Both the position numbers and the translations under genes were made by a program. Below, piece after piece: positions 45,438-45,600 of a stretch of 45,600 nt of DNA. Location of the stretch: the IMG/VR virus record IMGVR_UViG_3300044724_000503, positions 1 to 45,600 of that record; one strand, 5' to 3'. The first letter of the stretch is position 1. Each line of letters begins with the position of its first letter. The DNA comes from a virus (lineage: Duplodnaviria; Caudoviricetes). Under the pieces are notes generated by a model that was not told the DNA's origin, searched no databases, and saw nothing but the letters and a program-made list of their open reading frames with translations.

Positions 45438-45600
45438 GTTACAGGTCACACCACTTAGCCTTCGTGAAGCAAACGAGTTTGTTGGTAATTTTCATAGACA
45501 CAACAAACCTACCCAAGGCGGCAAGTTTGCAATCGGGGCGACATATGGTGATGAACTGGTAGGCGTGGCTATCGTAGGTAGACCCGTGTCTGCTACGTTA
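45430..45600 (+). CDS. XF1762 / Mom-like GNAT DNA-modification protein, truncated by window end
   Basis: MTKLQVTPLSLREANEFVGNFHRHNKPTQGGKFAIGATYGDELVGVAIVGRPVSATL; not in the ORF track. Confidence 0.7.
   Translation, partial: MTKLQVTPLSLREANEFVGNFHRHNKPTQGGKFAIGATYGDELVGVAIVGRPVSATL

Larger units (their letters stand above)
1..45600. mobile_element. Tailed dsDNA bacteriophage genome segment (podovirus-like, marine-type)
   Basis: Terminase, portal, scaffold, capsid, tail, lysozyme and PolA/primase/helicase modules. Near-continuous TAATG/ATGA gene coupling and no host housekeeping genes. Confidence 0.97.

Noticed and set aside
1-45600. CRISPR arrays, tRNA/rRNA genes, introns, inteins or stop-codon recoding
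   Set aside because: Intergenic gaps are too short, core enzymes are uninterrupted and of normal length, and the standard code gives dense, coupled ORFs.

Overview
The window is most of a tailed dsDNA phage genome (Caudoviricetes, podovirus-like layout with no tape measure or sheath). Gene content resembles uncultured marine alphaproteobacterial phages, but the host cannot be determined from the sequence. The + strand (95-36483) is one tightly coupled morphogenesis block: an HlyC-like acyltransferase and a large acidic partner, terminase, portal, a membrane/holin cluster, GroES, scaffold, capsid, many small basic proteins, head-tail connectors, a GT42/Maf-like glycosyltransferase candidate, a mosaic tail-fibre array, a split nozzle gene, four ejection-type proteins, lysozyme and a PD-(D/E)XK nuclease. 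The - strand (36480-43509) is a replication operon with PolA, SF1 helicase, AlpA-type HTH, AEP primase and SSB. An SNF2 helicase and a truncated Mom/XF1762-like gene follow on the + strand. The best candidate for an undescribed system is the RTX-type fatty-acyltransferase coupled to a Lys-poor, leader-bearing putative virion protein, with no RTX toxin or T1SS present, suggesting phage-directed lipidation of a virion protein. Other notable signals are short peptide motifs shared across unrelated structural proteins (GGxV, C-terminal FxGxF, LGSVTVAI), a deletion scar and swap junctions in the fibre array, structured RNA leaders, and interlocked divergent promoters. All family calls come from motif recognition by eye; no searches were run.
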